Source: a virus. Taken from it: DNA of 64,000 bases. Position 1 is the stretch's first letter. Each line of letters starts with the position of its first letter. Shown in pieces: positions 7,129-15,013 of this stretch. The notes under the pieces are model-generated. The model had not been told where the DNA came from. It saw only the letters and a program-made list of their open reading frames with translations, and ran no database searches. Where the stretch lies: IMG/VR virus record IMGVR_UViG_3300042898_002099. One strand, written 5' to 3'. Made by a program: the position numbers and the translations under genes.

Positions 7129-7213
7129 TGGTGGAGGTGACAGGGATCGAACCTGTTGTGACATAAGTCGGCGGATTTACAGTCCGCTGCCATACCATTA
7201 CGGCGGCACCTCC
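7129..7213 (-). tRNA. tRNA-Tyr(GTA)
   Basis: Cloverleaf with long variable arm, CCA. Confidence 0.95.
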
Positions 7214-7217
7214 ATTG

Positions 7218-7293
7218 TGGCTCCCCGACCTGGGCTCGAACCAGGGACCTGCGGATTAACAGTCCGTCGCTCTACCGACTGAGCTATCAGGGA
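7218..7293 (-). tRNA. tRNA-Asn(GTT)
   Basis: Cloverleaf, CCA. Confidence 0.95.
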
Positions 7294-7298
7294 ATATT

Positions 7299-7469
7299 TT
7301 ATGCTACTTTAGCAATTGCTTCTCGCACATCTCGCAAGAGAGCATCGTCATCCCAAATAAGTTCTGTGCGACCATCAGGGTGTGTTATTACAGTTAGATG
7401 CGAACCGATGACAACTGTAGGTTCATCTTTTGCCTTTGCCTGTGCAACTTGTTTCTTGCGGCTTGCCAT
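7299..7469 (-). CDS. Hypothetical protein (56 aa, not in ORF track)
   Basis: MASRKKQVAQAKAKDEPTVVIGSHLTVITHPDGRTELIWDDDALLRDVREAIAKVA fills the gap exactly. Confidence 0.7.
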   Translation of the reverse strand: MASRKKQVAQAKAKDEPTVVIGSHLTVITHPDGRTELIWDDDALLRDVREAIAKVA

Positions 7470-7471
7470 GC

Positions 7472-7666
7472 TTAAGCCTTAGTTTTTGCTTCTGCTCTAG
7501 CGTTCTTTTCTGCAGTGATTTCATTGCGTCTGGCTTTGACAGCCTTTGACAATTCACCTAGTGCTTTACGGGCACGTGTTCCTGCGGCACTATTGCCTTT
7601 TTCAAACTTCTCGTTCTCTGCTAAATATGCATCGAGGTTTGTTTTAATATCTTCATTAGCACTCAT
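7472..7666 (-). CDS. Histone H1-like Hc1 family protein
   Basis: KFEKGNSAAGTRARKALGELSK motif. Confidence 0.8.
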   Translation of the reverse strand: MSANEDIKTNLDAYLAENEKFEKGNSAAGTRARKALGELSKAVKARRNEITAEKNARAEAKTKA

Positions 7667-7686
7667 TTTATTTCCTTTTTAAAAAA

Positions 7687-7763
7687 TGGTCGGAGTAGAG
7701 AGGTTCGAACTCCCGACCCCCTGGTCCCAAACCAGGTGCGCTACCAGACTGCGCTATACTCCG
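7687..7763 (-). tRNA. tRNA-Pro(TGG)
   Basis: Cloverleaf, CCA. Confidence 0.95.
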
Positions 7764-7765
7764 TA

Positions 7766-7839
7766 TGGTTGCGGGTCCTGGAATCGAACCAGGATCTAGA
7801 GCTTATGAGACTCTTGAGTTACCGTTTCTCTAACCCGCG
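7766..7839 (-). tRNA. tRNA-fMet(CAT), initiator type
   Basis: C1:A72 mismatch, CGCGGG start. Confidence 0.85.
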
Positions 7840-7848
7840 GTATATTTA

Positions 7849-7924
7849 TGGTGGAGGAGACAGGGATCGAACCTGCGACCTATTGCTTGCAAAGCAACCG
7901 CTCTCCCAACTGAGCTACACCCCC
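7849..7924 (-). tRNA. tRNA-Ala(TGC)
   Basis: G3:U70, CCA. Confidence 0.95.
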
Positions 7925-8018
7925 ATATTGAAACACTCTTGTTCTCCATACCTTCTTAGGGATCAGTCCAAGGTCTTACTTCTCAGAACCTGCGTCCAGT
8001 TTAGAATGCTTCAATATG
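7924..8018 (-). ncRNA. Structured inter-tRNA RNA with long closing stem
   Basis: CATATTGAAGCATTCT/AGAGTGTTTCAATATG closing stem, related to 6271..6363. Confidence 0.6.
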
Positions 8019-8092
8019 GTGCCCAGGGCGAGACTCGAACTCGCAAAATTTGGCTTCTAAGACCAACACGTATACCATTCCATCACCTGGGC
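8017..8092 (-). tRNA. tRNA-Leu(TAG), short variable loop
   Basis: Leu-type D arm, anticodon TAG, 76 nt. Confidence 0.85.
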
Positions 8093-8094
8093 AA

Positions 8095-8299
8095 TGCTCT
8101 ACATCCTCCGGCGGTAATTATAGTACATCCAAATATGACGCTATCATATTCTTCATTCGTACCCTCCACCCGCTCCCCGCGAGGACTGCTCTCGTGTTGC
8201 CAACGGCCTTTTGGTAAAAAGACTACCACCCTTGAGTGACGAACTCACTTCGCTTCGTACGGGTCATACTATCCAGACGTTACTCCGGCGGGTTTTAGA
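8095..8299 (-). ncRNA. About 200 nt multi-stem non-coding RNA (unassigned)
   Basis: GC-rich non-coding stretch with several hairpins and an ACCCGC/GCGGGT long-range pairing. Confidence 0.6.
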
Positions 8300-8371
8300 A
8301 TGGTTGGTCCCACTTTGAGGTGCCATTTAACTTAGACTTTCTTTATGCATTTATAGACTAAGACCATAACT

Positions 8372-8447
8372 TGGCGGTCTGTAGGGAATTCGAATCCCTG
8401 CTACAAGCGTGACAGGCTTGCGTGCTTACCGCTAACACTAACAGACC
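8372..8447 (-). tRNA. tRNA-Asp(GTC)
   Basis: Cloverleaf, CCA. Confidence 0.95.
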
Positions 8448-8457
8448 AAAAACTTTT

Positions 8458-8652
8458 TAATCGGGGATCTAAGCATATTTCACAAGACCGTCTCTTGTGC
8501 TGTTTGCTTCGACATTACAGGCCTACATACTCCAGCGTGACCACCGTATCAACCTTGCGGCTTCGTTTCCATCTTTCGTGTAATATAAAAGCTCTAATCC
8601 GTCGACTAGACCTACTTGTTATATTACCTACTGGTGCGGGTAACCCCGATTA
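8458..8652 (-). ncRNA. About 195 nt structured non-coding RNA (unassigned)
   Basis: TAATCGGGG/CCCCGATTA terminal stem, internal stems, dedicated promoter immediately upstream. Confidence 0.65.
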
Positions 8653-8661
8653 ATTAAATTA

Positions 8662-8690
8662 ATTATAACATCTTAACACACTTGTGTCAA
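8662..8690 (-). promoter_or_regulatory. Sigma70-type early promoter
   Basis: TTGACA-N17-TATAAT with extended TG. Confidence 0.8.
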
Positions 8691-8698
8691 GCATTATT

Positions 8699-8776
8699 TG
8701 GAACCTAGAGTCAGATTCGAACTGACGATTTTACGGATTTGCAATCCGTTGCATTTGACCTCTCTGCCATCTAGGC
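8699..8776 (-). tRNA. tRNA-Cys(GCA)
   Basis: Cloverleaf, U73, CCA. Confidence 0.9.
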
Positions 8777-8814
8777 GTACCATTGTTTTGTACACTTAGT
8801 AATATATAAAACAA

Positions 8815-8890
8815 TGGCGTCCCGTACCAGATTCGAACTGGTGTACTCACCGTGAAAGGGTGATGTCCTAGGCCTCTAGACGAACGGGAC
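8815..8890 (-). tRNA. tRNA-Glu(TTC)
   Basis: Cloverleaf, CCA. Confidence 0.95.
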
Positions 8891-8893
8891 AAT

Positions 8894-8967
8894 TGGTATC
8901 CAGTAGAGGTAACGCTCCTCTGTCTTTCGATTATCAGTCGAATGCTCTACTATTGAGCTAACCGGAT
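8894..8967 (-). tRNA. tRNA-Ile(GAT) with non-canonical D and T loops
   Basis: All stems pair; T loop is AGCGTTA and the D loop lacks GG. Confidence 0.8.
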
Positions 8968-8982
8968 ACAATGGTATGCTAA

Positions 8983-8995
8983 TTTTATAAAGAAC
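8983..8995 (-). promoter_or_regulatory. boxA-like antitermination element
   Basis: GTTCTTTATAAAA after a leader hairpin, just before the first tRNA. Confidence 0.55.
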
Positions 8996-9025
8996 TTAGC
9001 TTAAATAACGATCTATTTAAACTAT

Positions 9026-9054
9026 ATTATAACATCTTTTAGTACCCTTGTCAA
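9026..9054 (-). promoter_or_regulatory. Sigma70 promoter P2 of the tRNA array
   Basis: TTGACA-N17-TATAAT with extended TG. Confidence 0.85.
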
Positions 9055-9110
9055 GCAAAGGGTTTCTTTAAAATTCCTCAAACTTTAGACAACGATCTAT
9101 CTAAAAAACA

Positions 9111-9139
9111 ATTATAACACCTTTTAGTATCCTTGTCAA
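9111..9139 (-). promoter_or_regulatory. Sigma70 promoter P1 of the tRNA array (tandem duplicate of P2)
   Basis: TTGACA-N17-TATAAT; about 65 bp imperfect direct repeat with the P2 unit. Confidence 0.85.
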
Positions 9140-9154
9140 ATAAAGGGTTACTAC

Positions 9155-9192
9155 AAAGGAAAACCCTCGGACTTTAGGGGTACCGAGGGTTT
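9155..9192 (-). terminator. Intrinsic terminator, putative attenuator 3:4 stem
   Basis: AAACCCTCGG-N12-CCGAGGGTTT-TCCTTT. Confidence 0.8.
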
Positions 9193-9218
9193 GTAAGATA
9201 TTTAATATGAACTAATCT

Positions 9219-9317
9219 TTAACCCTCGTCTAAACTCCATGAATTTGTACGTGCAATAACCCCTGGCTGTTCGCCATAAGAAGTTTCACATATAATAGGG
9301 TGATTAATTTTTAACAT
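9219..9317 (-). CDS. Putative leaderless attenuator leader peptide (32 aa, not in ORF track)
   Basis: MLKINHPIICETSYGEQPGVIARTNSWSLDEG; ATG follows TATAAATA after a 6 nt spacer; 3' end complementary to the terminator 5' arm. Confidence 0.65.
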   Translation of the reverse strand: MLKINHPIICETSYGEQPGVIARTNSWSLDEG

Positions 9318-9323
9318 ATAAAA

Positions 9324-9331
9324 TATTTATA
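9324..9331 (-). promoter_or_regulatory. T4-type late promoter TATAAATA
   Basis: Exact consensus, intergenic. Confidence 0.8.
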
Positions 9332-9344
9332 TAACTTGAGGCGA

Positions 9345-10130
9345 TTATAAATCATCTCTTAAAGATTTATTTGATTTAATTGCAGCATTTAGAACAGATA
9401 ATGTTACACCTTGTTCTTCTGCAAATTTAGATAATGCCGCAGTATCTTTAGGGAAACACATTCCGCCAAATCCCATTTTGCCATCTGGACCTGGTACTTG
9501 CATATGGCTTCTACCAATTCGATTATCTACTTTAACTAAATCCATTACAGTATCAAAATTACAATTAGTTTTATTTGCCAATGCAAATATCTCATTCATG
9601 AATGAAACCTTTGTCGCAAGGAAAGTATTAATAGTATACTTTGCCAATGCCGCTTCACCGATAGTACAATATGCAACAACACTAAGACACGGTTGACCTA
9701 AACGAATTAGGCGTTCTGCTTCTCTTTGATATGCAGGTATGTTACCACCAATAAACGCAAATTTTCCATCTATATAATCTTGTTCCGCTTTTGCTTCAGT
9801 TAAAAACTCTGGCGAATGTACTAGGTTAGGATATTTTGCACTTAACTTAGTATATACATCAATAGGCGCCGTAGACTTACTAATGATTACACCCTTGTAA
9901 CCTTTTAGCTTATCTAATACAGATAGCAAAATGCTAGTATCACATTTACCATCCGCACTTTGAGGGGTGGGTGTACAAATGAACACTCCATCACACTCAA
10001 ACAAATCTTCATAGGTATGCGTTCCCTTTTCAGGATCACTATCTACAATATACAGAATTGCTTCGGGCGCAGTCGCATTTGCAATCGCACCGCCTACAAT
10101 ACCTTTACCTATAATACCCACCTTGGGCAT
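9345..10130 (-). CDS. ugd: UDP-glucose/GDP-mannose 6-dehydrogenase family protein
   Basis: GxGxVG, ISKST, SPEFL, GFGGMCFPKD. Confidence 0.9.
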   Translation of the reverse strand: MPKVGIIGKGIVGGAIANATAPEAILYIVDSDPEKGTHTYEDLFECDGVFICTPTPQSADGKCDTSILLSVLDKLKGYKGVIISKSTAPIDVYTKLSAKYPNLVHSPEFLTEAKAEQDYIDGKFAFIGGNIPAYQREAERLIRLGQPCLSVVAYCTIGEAALAKYTINTFLATKVSFMNEIFALANKTNCNFDTVMDLVKVDNRIGRSHMQVPGPDGKMGFGGMCFPKDTAALSKFAEEQGVTLSVLNAAIKSNKSLRDDL

Positions 10131-10227
10131 AGTATAACTACTTTTCATCTTAACCTAATCCTTATAATTCTAAAGGCAATGCTGCCCGCCTGATACATAT
10201 TGACCATTGGGCAGCAAGCCCTCTAAA

Positions 10228-10632
10228 TTACAGTGGTGCGTCAGCAAGTTCTTTGATCTCTTCGATTTCGAGATCATCCTCAACCACAGGCTTTGCAACT
10301 TTTGCGATCTTTGCTGTAGTTTGAGCAACTGCCTTGACCGGTGTAGCTTTAACCTTTGTAGCTTTAACTACTTTAGCCTTAGTCGGCGTACCCTCTTTCT
10401 TAGCCATCGTTTCAATGATAAGTTCTGTGTAGGGAACAAAGACACCACCTGCATCTAGAAGATGCTGACAAGCCTCAGCCTTTGTCATTGCCTTGGGCAA
10501 TTCGATAAGCTCGACCAAAGAGGTGTGTGTACCTTTAGACAAAATCTTAGTACGAGTAACAATGTCGTTTGCGAAACGAACCTTGGTTACACCATAGTGA
10601 GTAGAAACACCTGCAACTGTAAATTTAGACAT
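10228..10632 (-). CDS. Hypothetical protein with Lys/Ala-rich tail
   Basis: ORF with SD and a sigma70 promoter at 10689-10717. Confidence 0.75.
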   Translation of the reverse strand: MSKFTVAGVSTHYGVTKVRFANDIVTRTKILSKGTHTSLVELIELPKAMTKAEACQHLLDAGGVFVPYTELIIETMAKKEGTPTKAKVVKATKVKATPVKAVAQTTAKIAKVAKPVVEDDLEIEEIKELADAPL

Positions 10633-10742
10633 AATCAATCCTTAAATAATATAAACAAAATCACCAAGAACAACCGTTCTCATAGTCTATTATATAGCCT
10701 TTTGCTACACCTGTCAAGCATAAAGTTTGCGCTGTTGTTCTT

Positions 10743-11111
10743 TCACAACACCGTTTTAACTTTATTGACATGCCTACAAGTCCTTCGGAATTGGAAACCG
10801 ACGCAATCGCAAGTAACAAATCCTTCGAACGAAATAACATTGTATGTCTTTCCGTTTGATTTTGATTTGACTTTGAACAATCGTTCGAGGGTCCTTTTAT
10901 CCGAAAATTCATGACCAACAATAAATCTTTTATTGATATGAGAAACGGGATACATTGGGTTGCCAGTATGAACAGACACATAGTCACTATCTAACCACTT
11001 TGGATTCGGTACAACTTTACCCTCAAAGGTATTGATGTCGAACTCTTGTCCAAGTATGTTAGATCGCCATTTTGTAGTAATTGCTACGGATGACCCTACT
11101 GAAAAATTCAT
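10743..11111 (-). CDS. SWIM-type zinc finger protein
   Basis: TCDCVGFQFRRTCRH; promoter at 11135-11163. Confidence 0.75.
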   Translation of the reverse strand: MNFSVGSSVAITTKWRSNILGQEFDINTFEGKVVPNPKWLDSDYVSVHTGNPMYPVSHINKRFIVGHEFSDKRTLERLFKVKSKSNGKTYNVISFEGFVTCDCVGFQFRRTCRHVNKVKTVL

Positions 11112-11251
11112 ACTGTTTTCCTCATTGTTCCTTTATTATAATACCTTTTGGATCAGTTGTCAAGCCTTTTTTGTTCTTTTCAGCCAAAATAATACCCCAG
11201 ATTATGGGGTATTATCAGATTAATATTAATGATTATCTAATTGATTATCTA

Positions 11252-11434
11252 TTATTGATCTTTTGATTTTCGAATTTCGTCATCGTCGGTTATTTCTATT
11301 ATTCCCTTATCCTCAAAAAAGCCAACTGTATCGGATATTCCTTTTTGATATCCATATGCTTTACACGCAAAGCAGGCAAGTAACATTAAAACAATTTGAA
11401 TAACATCATATAAAGTAAAGGTAACTTGTTCCAT
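11252..11434 (-). CDS. Small membrane protein
   Basis: One hydrophobic helix, AGGAG SD. Confidence 0.65.
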   Translation of the reverse strand: MEQVTFTLYDVIQIVLMLLACFACKAYGYQKGISDTVGFFEDKGIIEITDDDEIRKSKDQ

Positions 11435-11468
11435 TACTACTCCTTATAATTAAGATTGAACTACATGA

Positions 11469-11996
11469 TTAAGTCTTCCACTCATCCAATTCATCGTCTG
11501 TTTCATACACGAACCAATCCTGTTGTTTCTGTCTAAGATTTTTAAACTGATCGTGTTCTATTAAAAATTTTGCAACTAGACTATTCTCTAAACCATATGC
11601 CTCAATTTCCCAAGGCTGGTCCCAGTAAGAATGATCTTCTTGGTATGTTTCCCCTCTCCAAATAGTTACATAGTTTCTTCTTAAATACCTATCTTTCATC
11701 TCGCCTGTTGCCCATTGTTTTAAATGAACCATTTCGTGAGCAAGAATTGTGAACATATGTATTTTCTTTTTTGTTCTGCCAATGTCAATATTAAAACATC
11801 TAGGAGATACGTTAGTATCTTCATCCATCTCGCAGAATCCACCGGCATTGATTTGTCCTCTTTCTCTTATTCTAACCTGTACAGTTATATTTTTAGACAA
11901 TTGCGGTGACAGTAATTTATCAGCATATGAATTTGCTGCCAACTTTAGCATCTTTGTTAGTTGACTATCTTTAGCTCCTCGTACACTAACTATCAT
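11469..11996 (-). CDS. Zincin-type metallopeptidase
   Basis: AHEMVHLKQ and QPWEIEA. Confidence 0.8.
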   Translation of the reverse strand: MIVSVRGAKDSQLTKMLKLAANSYADKLLSPQLSKNITVQVRIRERGQINAGGFCEMDEDTNVSPRCFNIDIGRTKKKIHMFTILAHEMVHLKQWATGEMKDRYLRRNYVTIWRGETYQEDHSYWDQPWEIEAYGLENSLVAKFLIEHDQFKNLRQKQQDWFVYETDDELDEWKT

Positions 11997-12033
11997 ATGA
12001 TTACCTTTCTGATAATTTACAATATTATTTATG

Positions 12034-12249
12034 TCACTTTGTTTCTAATATTGATTTCAAAAATGCTTGTTTTCTGATTTCTGCAATCGTTGCATCCTGT
12101 AGACCACCTTCTACTCTAGTAGTTTTTTGTGCTTTTGGAAACATATCAAGAACATTCATAGGTATAGGTGAATCAATTTCAGCAATTTCTGGCAATGGTT
12201 TATTTTTTAGTCTTGTAGATGATAAAAGAGTGCCTGTTAGTTTTTGCAT
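12034..12249 (-). CDS. Hypothetical protein
   Basis: ORF abutting gp41. Confidence 0.55.
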   Translation of the reverse strand: MQKLTGTLLSSTRLKNKPLPEIAEIDSPIPMNVLDMFPKAQKTTRVEGGLQDATIAEIRKQAFLKSILETK

Positions 12250-12250
12250 T

Positions 12251-13657
12251 TTATACCCTTATTTTAGTAAAGTCTCTTGTTGCTTTTTCAAATGGTTTCC
12301 TAGGTGTGTTTGTAGGTGCCCACTTGGGTTGTTCTTCTTTCATTCCCGAATCCATAATATTTTTCTGTGCAGATTGTTCCAAATCATATAACTTCATCTT
12401 TGCTCTATCTACACCAATGACAAATCGTTTATATAATGTAGGATCGTTATATCGATTCTTCAATTGCTTAACCATGATCTGATTCATTTGCTCTAATTCT
12501 TCAGTTGAAATCAAAGCAAACATAAAGTCAACAGTTGCAGGCAACCCGAACGACTCAGATGTGTCGGTTAGTTCAACATCTGTATTACCATAACCACTAC
12601 GAGTTGTCTGTGTTGCTGATAGAATAGGAACATTTTCTTCAACCGCCAACCCACGAAGTTCTTCAGCAATAGATTTAATTAACGTATAGGAATTAATATT
12701 TGATCCTGCTTTGAATCTAGAACTTGCACAAATATTTAAGTAATCAATAATAATGACATCTGGCTTAAATTGTTTCTTAAGTTGTAGTTCATTTAACAAC
12801 GCCTTAAAATGTCCAGTGTGTGCACCAGTTGTGGGATACTCTTTAATAATTAAAGTGCCTTCAGTCTTTCCCCTGATCTTTTCAATCCTGCTATCAAAAA
12901 TTGCTTTAGGCAAATCTTTAAGCTGATCCATAGTGATGTTCATTAGATTAGCATCAATACGTTCTGCAATTCTTTCCTCAGCCATCTCTAAAGTAATATA
13001 CAAAACATTTTTGTTCTGTGCCAAAACAGATGCCGCAACGTGACACATAAACAAAGACTTACCAACGCCTGTACCTGCAAGACAAACATTTAATGTCTTA
13101 TTCGGCATCCCGCCATTTGTAATCTTGTTAAAATAATCTAAGTCAAAAGGAATTCTCGTTTCTACTCGGTGATAGTATTCATACCGTTTATCAGCACTAT
13201 CAATATAATCATGACCAACATTATTGTCGAAGCACACTCCTAAAGCATCCTGCAATAATTGCGGAATACCATCTTCAGACTTTCCCTTGTCTCTACCATC
13301 AATGATAGCAATGGATGAGAGGATAGCATTGTAAATTGCTTTGTCTTTGCAGAACTTTTCAGTTTCTTTATATAACCAATCTTTATTATGTTCCGTAGGA
13401 TCTAAGTTGTGAATTGCTTCTACAACTTCTTTATATTGATCCTCACTCAACGATTTGTCATTTTGTGCCGCAATCGTTAATGCATCTTTACTCGGAATAG
13501 AATTGTATTCGTCAATAAAGCTTTTAATTTTATCATACAGAATTTTATCTGTGTTATCTAAAAAATAATCCCGCTTTAGGAACGGGATTACTTTTCTCAT
13601 GAATTCATCGTCATTCGCTAGATTCTGTAGAATTACGTTTTCGATCTTCGAAGTCAT
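12251..13657 (-). CDS. 41: Replicative DnaB-like helicase (T4 gp41)
   Basis: AGTGVGKS, ITLEMAEE, IIDYLNI, SESFGLPATVD. Confidence 0.95.
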   Translation of the reverse strand: MTSKIENVILQNLANDDEFMRKVIPFLKRDYFLDNTDKILYDKIKSFIDEYNSIPSKDALTIAAQNDKSLSEDQYKEVVEAIHNLDPTEHNKDWLYKETEKFCKDKAIYNAILSSIAIIDGRDKGKSEDGIPQLLQDALGVCFDNNVGHDYIDSADKRYEYYHRVETRIPFDLDYFNKITNGGMPNKTLNVCLAGTGVGKSLFMCHVAASVLAQNKNVLYITLEMAEERIAERIDANLMNITMDQLKDLPKAIFDSRIEKIRGKTEGTLIIKEYPTTGAHTGHFKALLNELQLKKQFKPDVIIIDYLNICASSRFKAGSNINSYTLIKSIAEELRGLAVEENVPILSATQTTRSGYGNTDVELTDTSESFGLPATVDFMFALISTEELEQMNQIMVKQLKNRYNDPTLYKRFVIGVDRAKMKLYDLEQSAQKNIMDSGMKEEQPKWAPTNTPRKPFEKATRDFTKIRV

Positions 13658-13913
13658 TAAGTGCTTTCTCTAAAATATCCATTACAACTAAATTCAATGT
13701 CTTATCAAATTCTGGGCCTTCAATATCTTCGGCCTTTTTACCTTCGGGCGCTTGAAACACGGTATAGTCTAAAACCAATTGTTCCGAAGCATCCTTCATA
13801 TCAAAATCATTGAAGGCGATTGCTGTTCCTATGAACTCACCTTCAAGAATTTTTACGCCCCAAAGAGCGTTATCTTTATCGTTAATTACCCAAGGCTCAT
13901 ACTTCACTAGCAT
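13611..13913 (-). CDS. Hypothetical protein at the gp40 position
   Basis: Lies between uvsX and 41 as gp40 does in T4. Confidence 0.5.
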   Translation of the reverse strand: MLVKYEPWVINDKDNALWGVKILEGEFIGTAIAFNDFDMKDASEQLVLDYTVFQAPEGKKAEDIEGPEFDKTLNLVVMDILEKALNDFEDRKRNSTESSE

Positions 13914-14958
13914 TCTCAAACTCCTCATCTATTGCAACTTGATCCATATCATTTATCATCATATCATTGCTTGCCATTTTATAGCGTGCCTCAATAAACT
14001 CTCTAAACTCTTTAGAAGTCAAAATAGGCATCCAAAACTCTTTAGTGTATGTGTCTTTCAAACGAACTTTTTGTTCTTGTCCCTTTTTAGAGTACCAACC
14101 GTTAGATGGCTTAATAACAAATCCACCTTCAAGTGCAACATCTAAAAGACCAGACCAAGTACTAATACCACCTTCGAATGTTACCTCAACAGGAATCTTA
14201 GATTTCTCTCGAACAAATCTAGACTTCTCAACATTAATGATAAAGTTATATCCAATAATATCTGTACCATCTTTTTCTTGTTGACGACCAATAATAAAGA
14301 TATTGTCTGCAGAATAATAAATGCCTGTGCCACCAGACACAATCTGTTTAGGGAACAATCCCATTTCAGAATATGTATGATTAACAACAATCATCGGAAT
14401 ATCTTTGATCGTTAAGTGAGGTGTTACCATTCTAAACAAAGATTTCATCTGTTTAGCACGAGTCATATCTGCAACAGACTTACCTTCAAGGGCATCTTCA
14501 ACTTCTTTCTTAGAAGCCAAATTACCTACAGAGTCAATAATGATAATGACATGATCGCCACGCTCAATATTATTAATCTGAGACATTGCATCAAATTTTA
14601 GTTGCTCTATGTCCGTGATGGGAGTATGGAGTACTCGATTGGTATCGATCCCGAAAGAATCAAAATAAGACTGAGGGCTACCAAACTCAGAGTCATAGAA
14701 TAAAACAATAGCATCTTCATATTTGTCCAAATAAGACTTCGCCAATAACAACGAGAACGCTGTTTTAAAATGTTTAGACGGACCGGCAAAGACAGTAAGT
14801 CCAGGTGTTAAACCACCTTCTAAACTACCCGAAAGGGCAACATTAATCATCGGAACGGTTGTCTGAATCATGTCCTTTTTATTAAAGAACTTTGATTTAT
14901 TAAGAACTTCCGTTTCTTTGATTGTAGAATTCTTTTTCAATTTGTCAAGTAAAGACAT
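13897..14958 (-). CDS. uvsX: RecA-like recombinase UvsX
   Basis: GPSKHFKT, YDSEFG, DSVGNLASKKE; promoter at 14982-15010. Confidence 0.95.
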   Translation of the reverse strand: MSLLDKLKKNSTIKETEVLNKSKFFNKKDMIQTTVPMINVALSGSLEGGLTPGLTVFAGPSKHFKTAFSLLLAKSYLDKYEDAIVLFYDSEFGSPQSYFDSFGIDTNRVLHTPITDIEQLKFDAMSQINNIERGDHVIIIIDSVGNLASKKEVEDALEGKSVADMTRAKQMKSLFRMVTPHLTIKDIPMIVVNHTYSEMGLFPKQIVSGGTGIYYSADNIFIIGRQQEKDGTDIIGYNFIINVEKSRFVREKSKIPVEVTFEGGISTWSGLLDVALEGGFVIKPSNGWYSKKGQEQKVRLKDTYTKEFWMPILTSKEFREFIEARYKMASNDMMINDMDQVAIDEEFENASEV

Positions 14959-15013
14959 TGTATCTCCTTAAGTAATACATTATTATATAATAAACATAGC
15001 AAAAAGTCAATAG

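Noticed and set aside
8170-8200. TCCTCGC resembling an HDV/theta ribozyme L3
   Set aside because: No flanking P3 pairing, and not positioned at a tRNA 3' end.
7736-8239. 167 aa plus-strand ORF
   Set aside because: It is the antisense of tRNAs and structured RNAs; no SD or recognisable motif.
8995-9148. Direct repeat as a CRISPR or att site
   Set aside because: Only two imperfect units, explained as duplicated promoters; no cas or integrase gene in the window.
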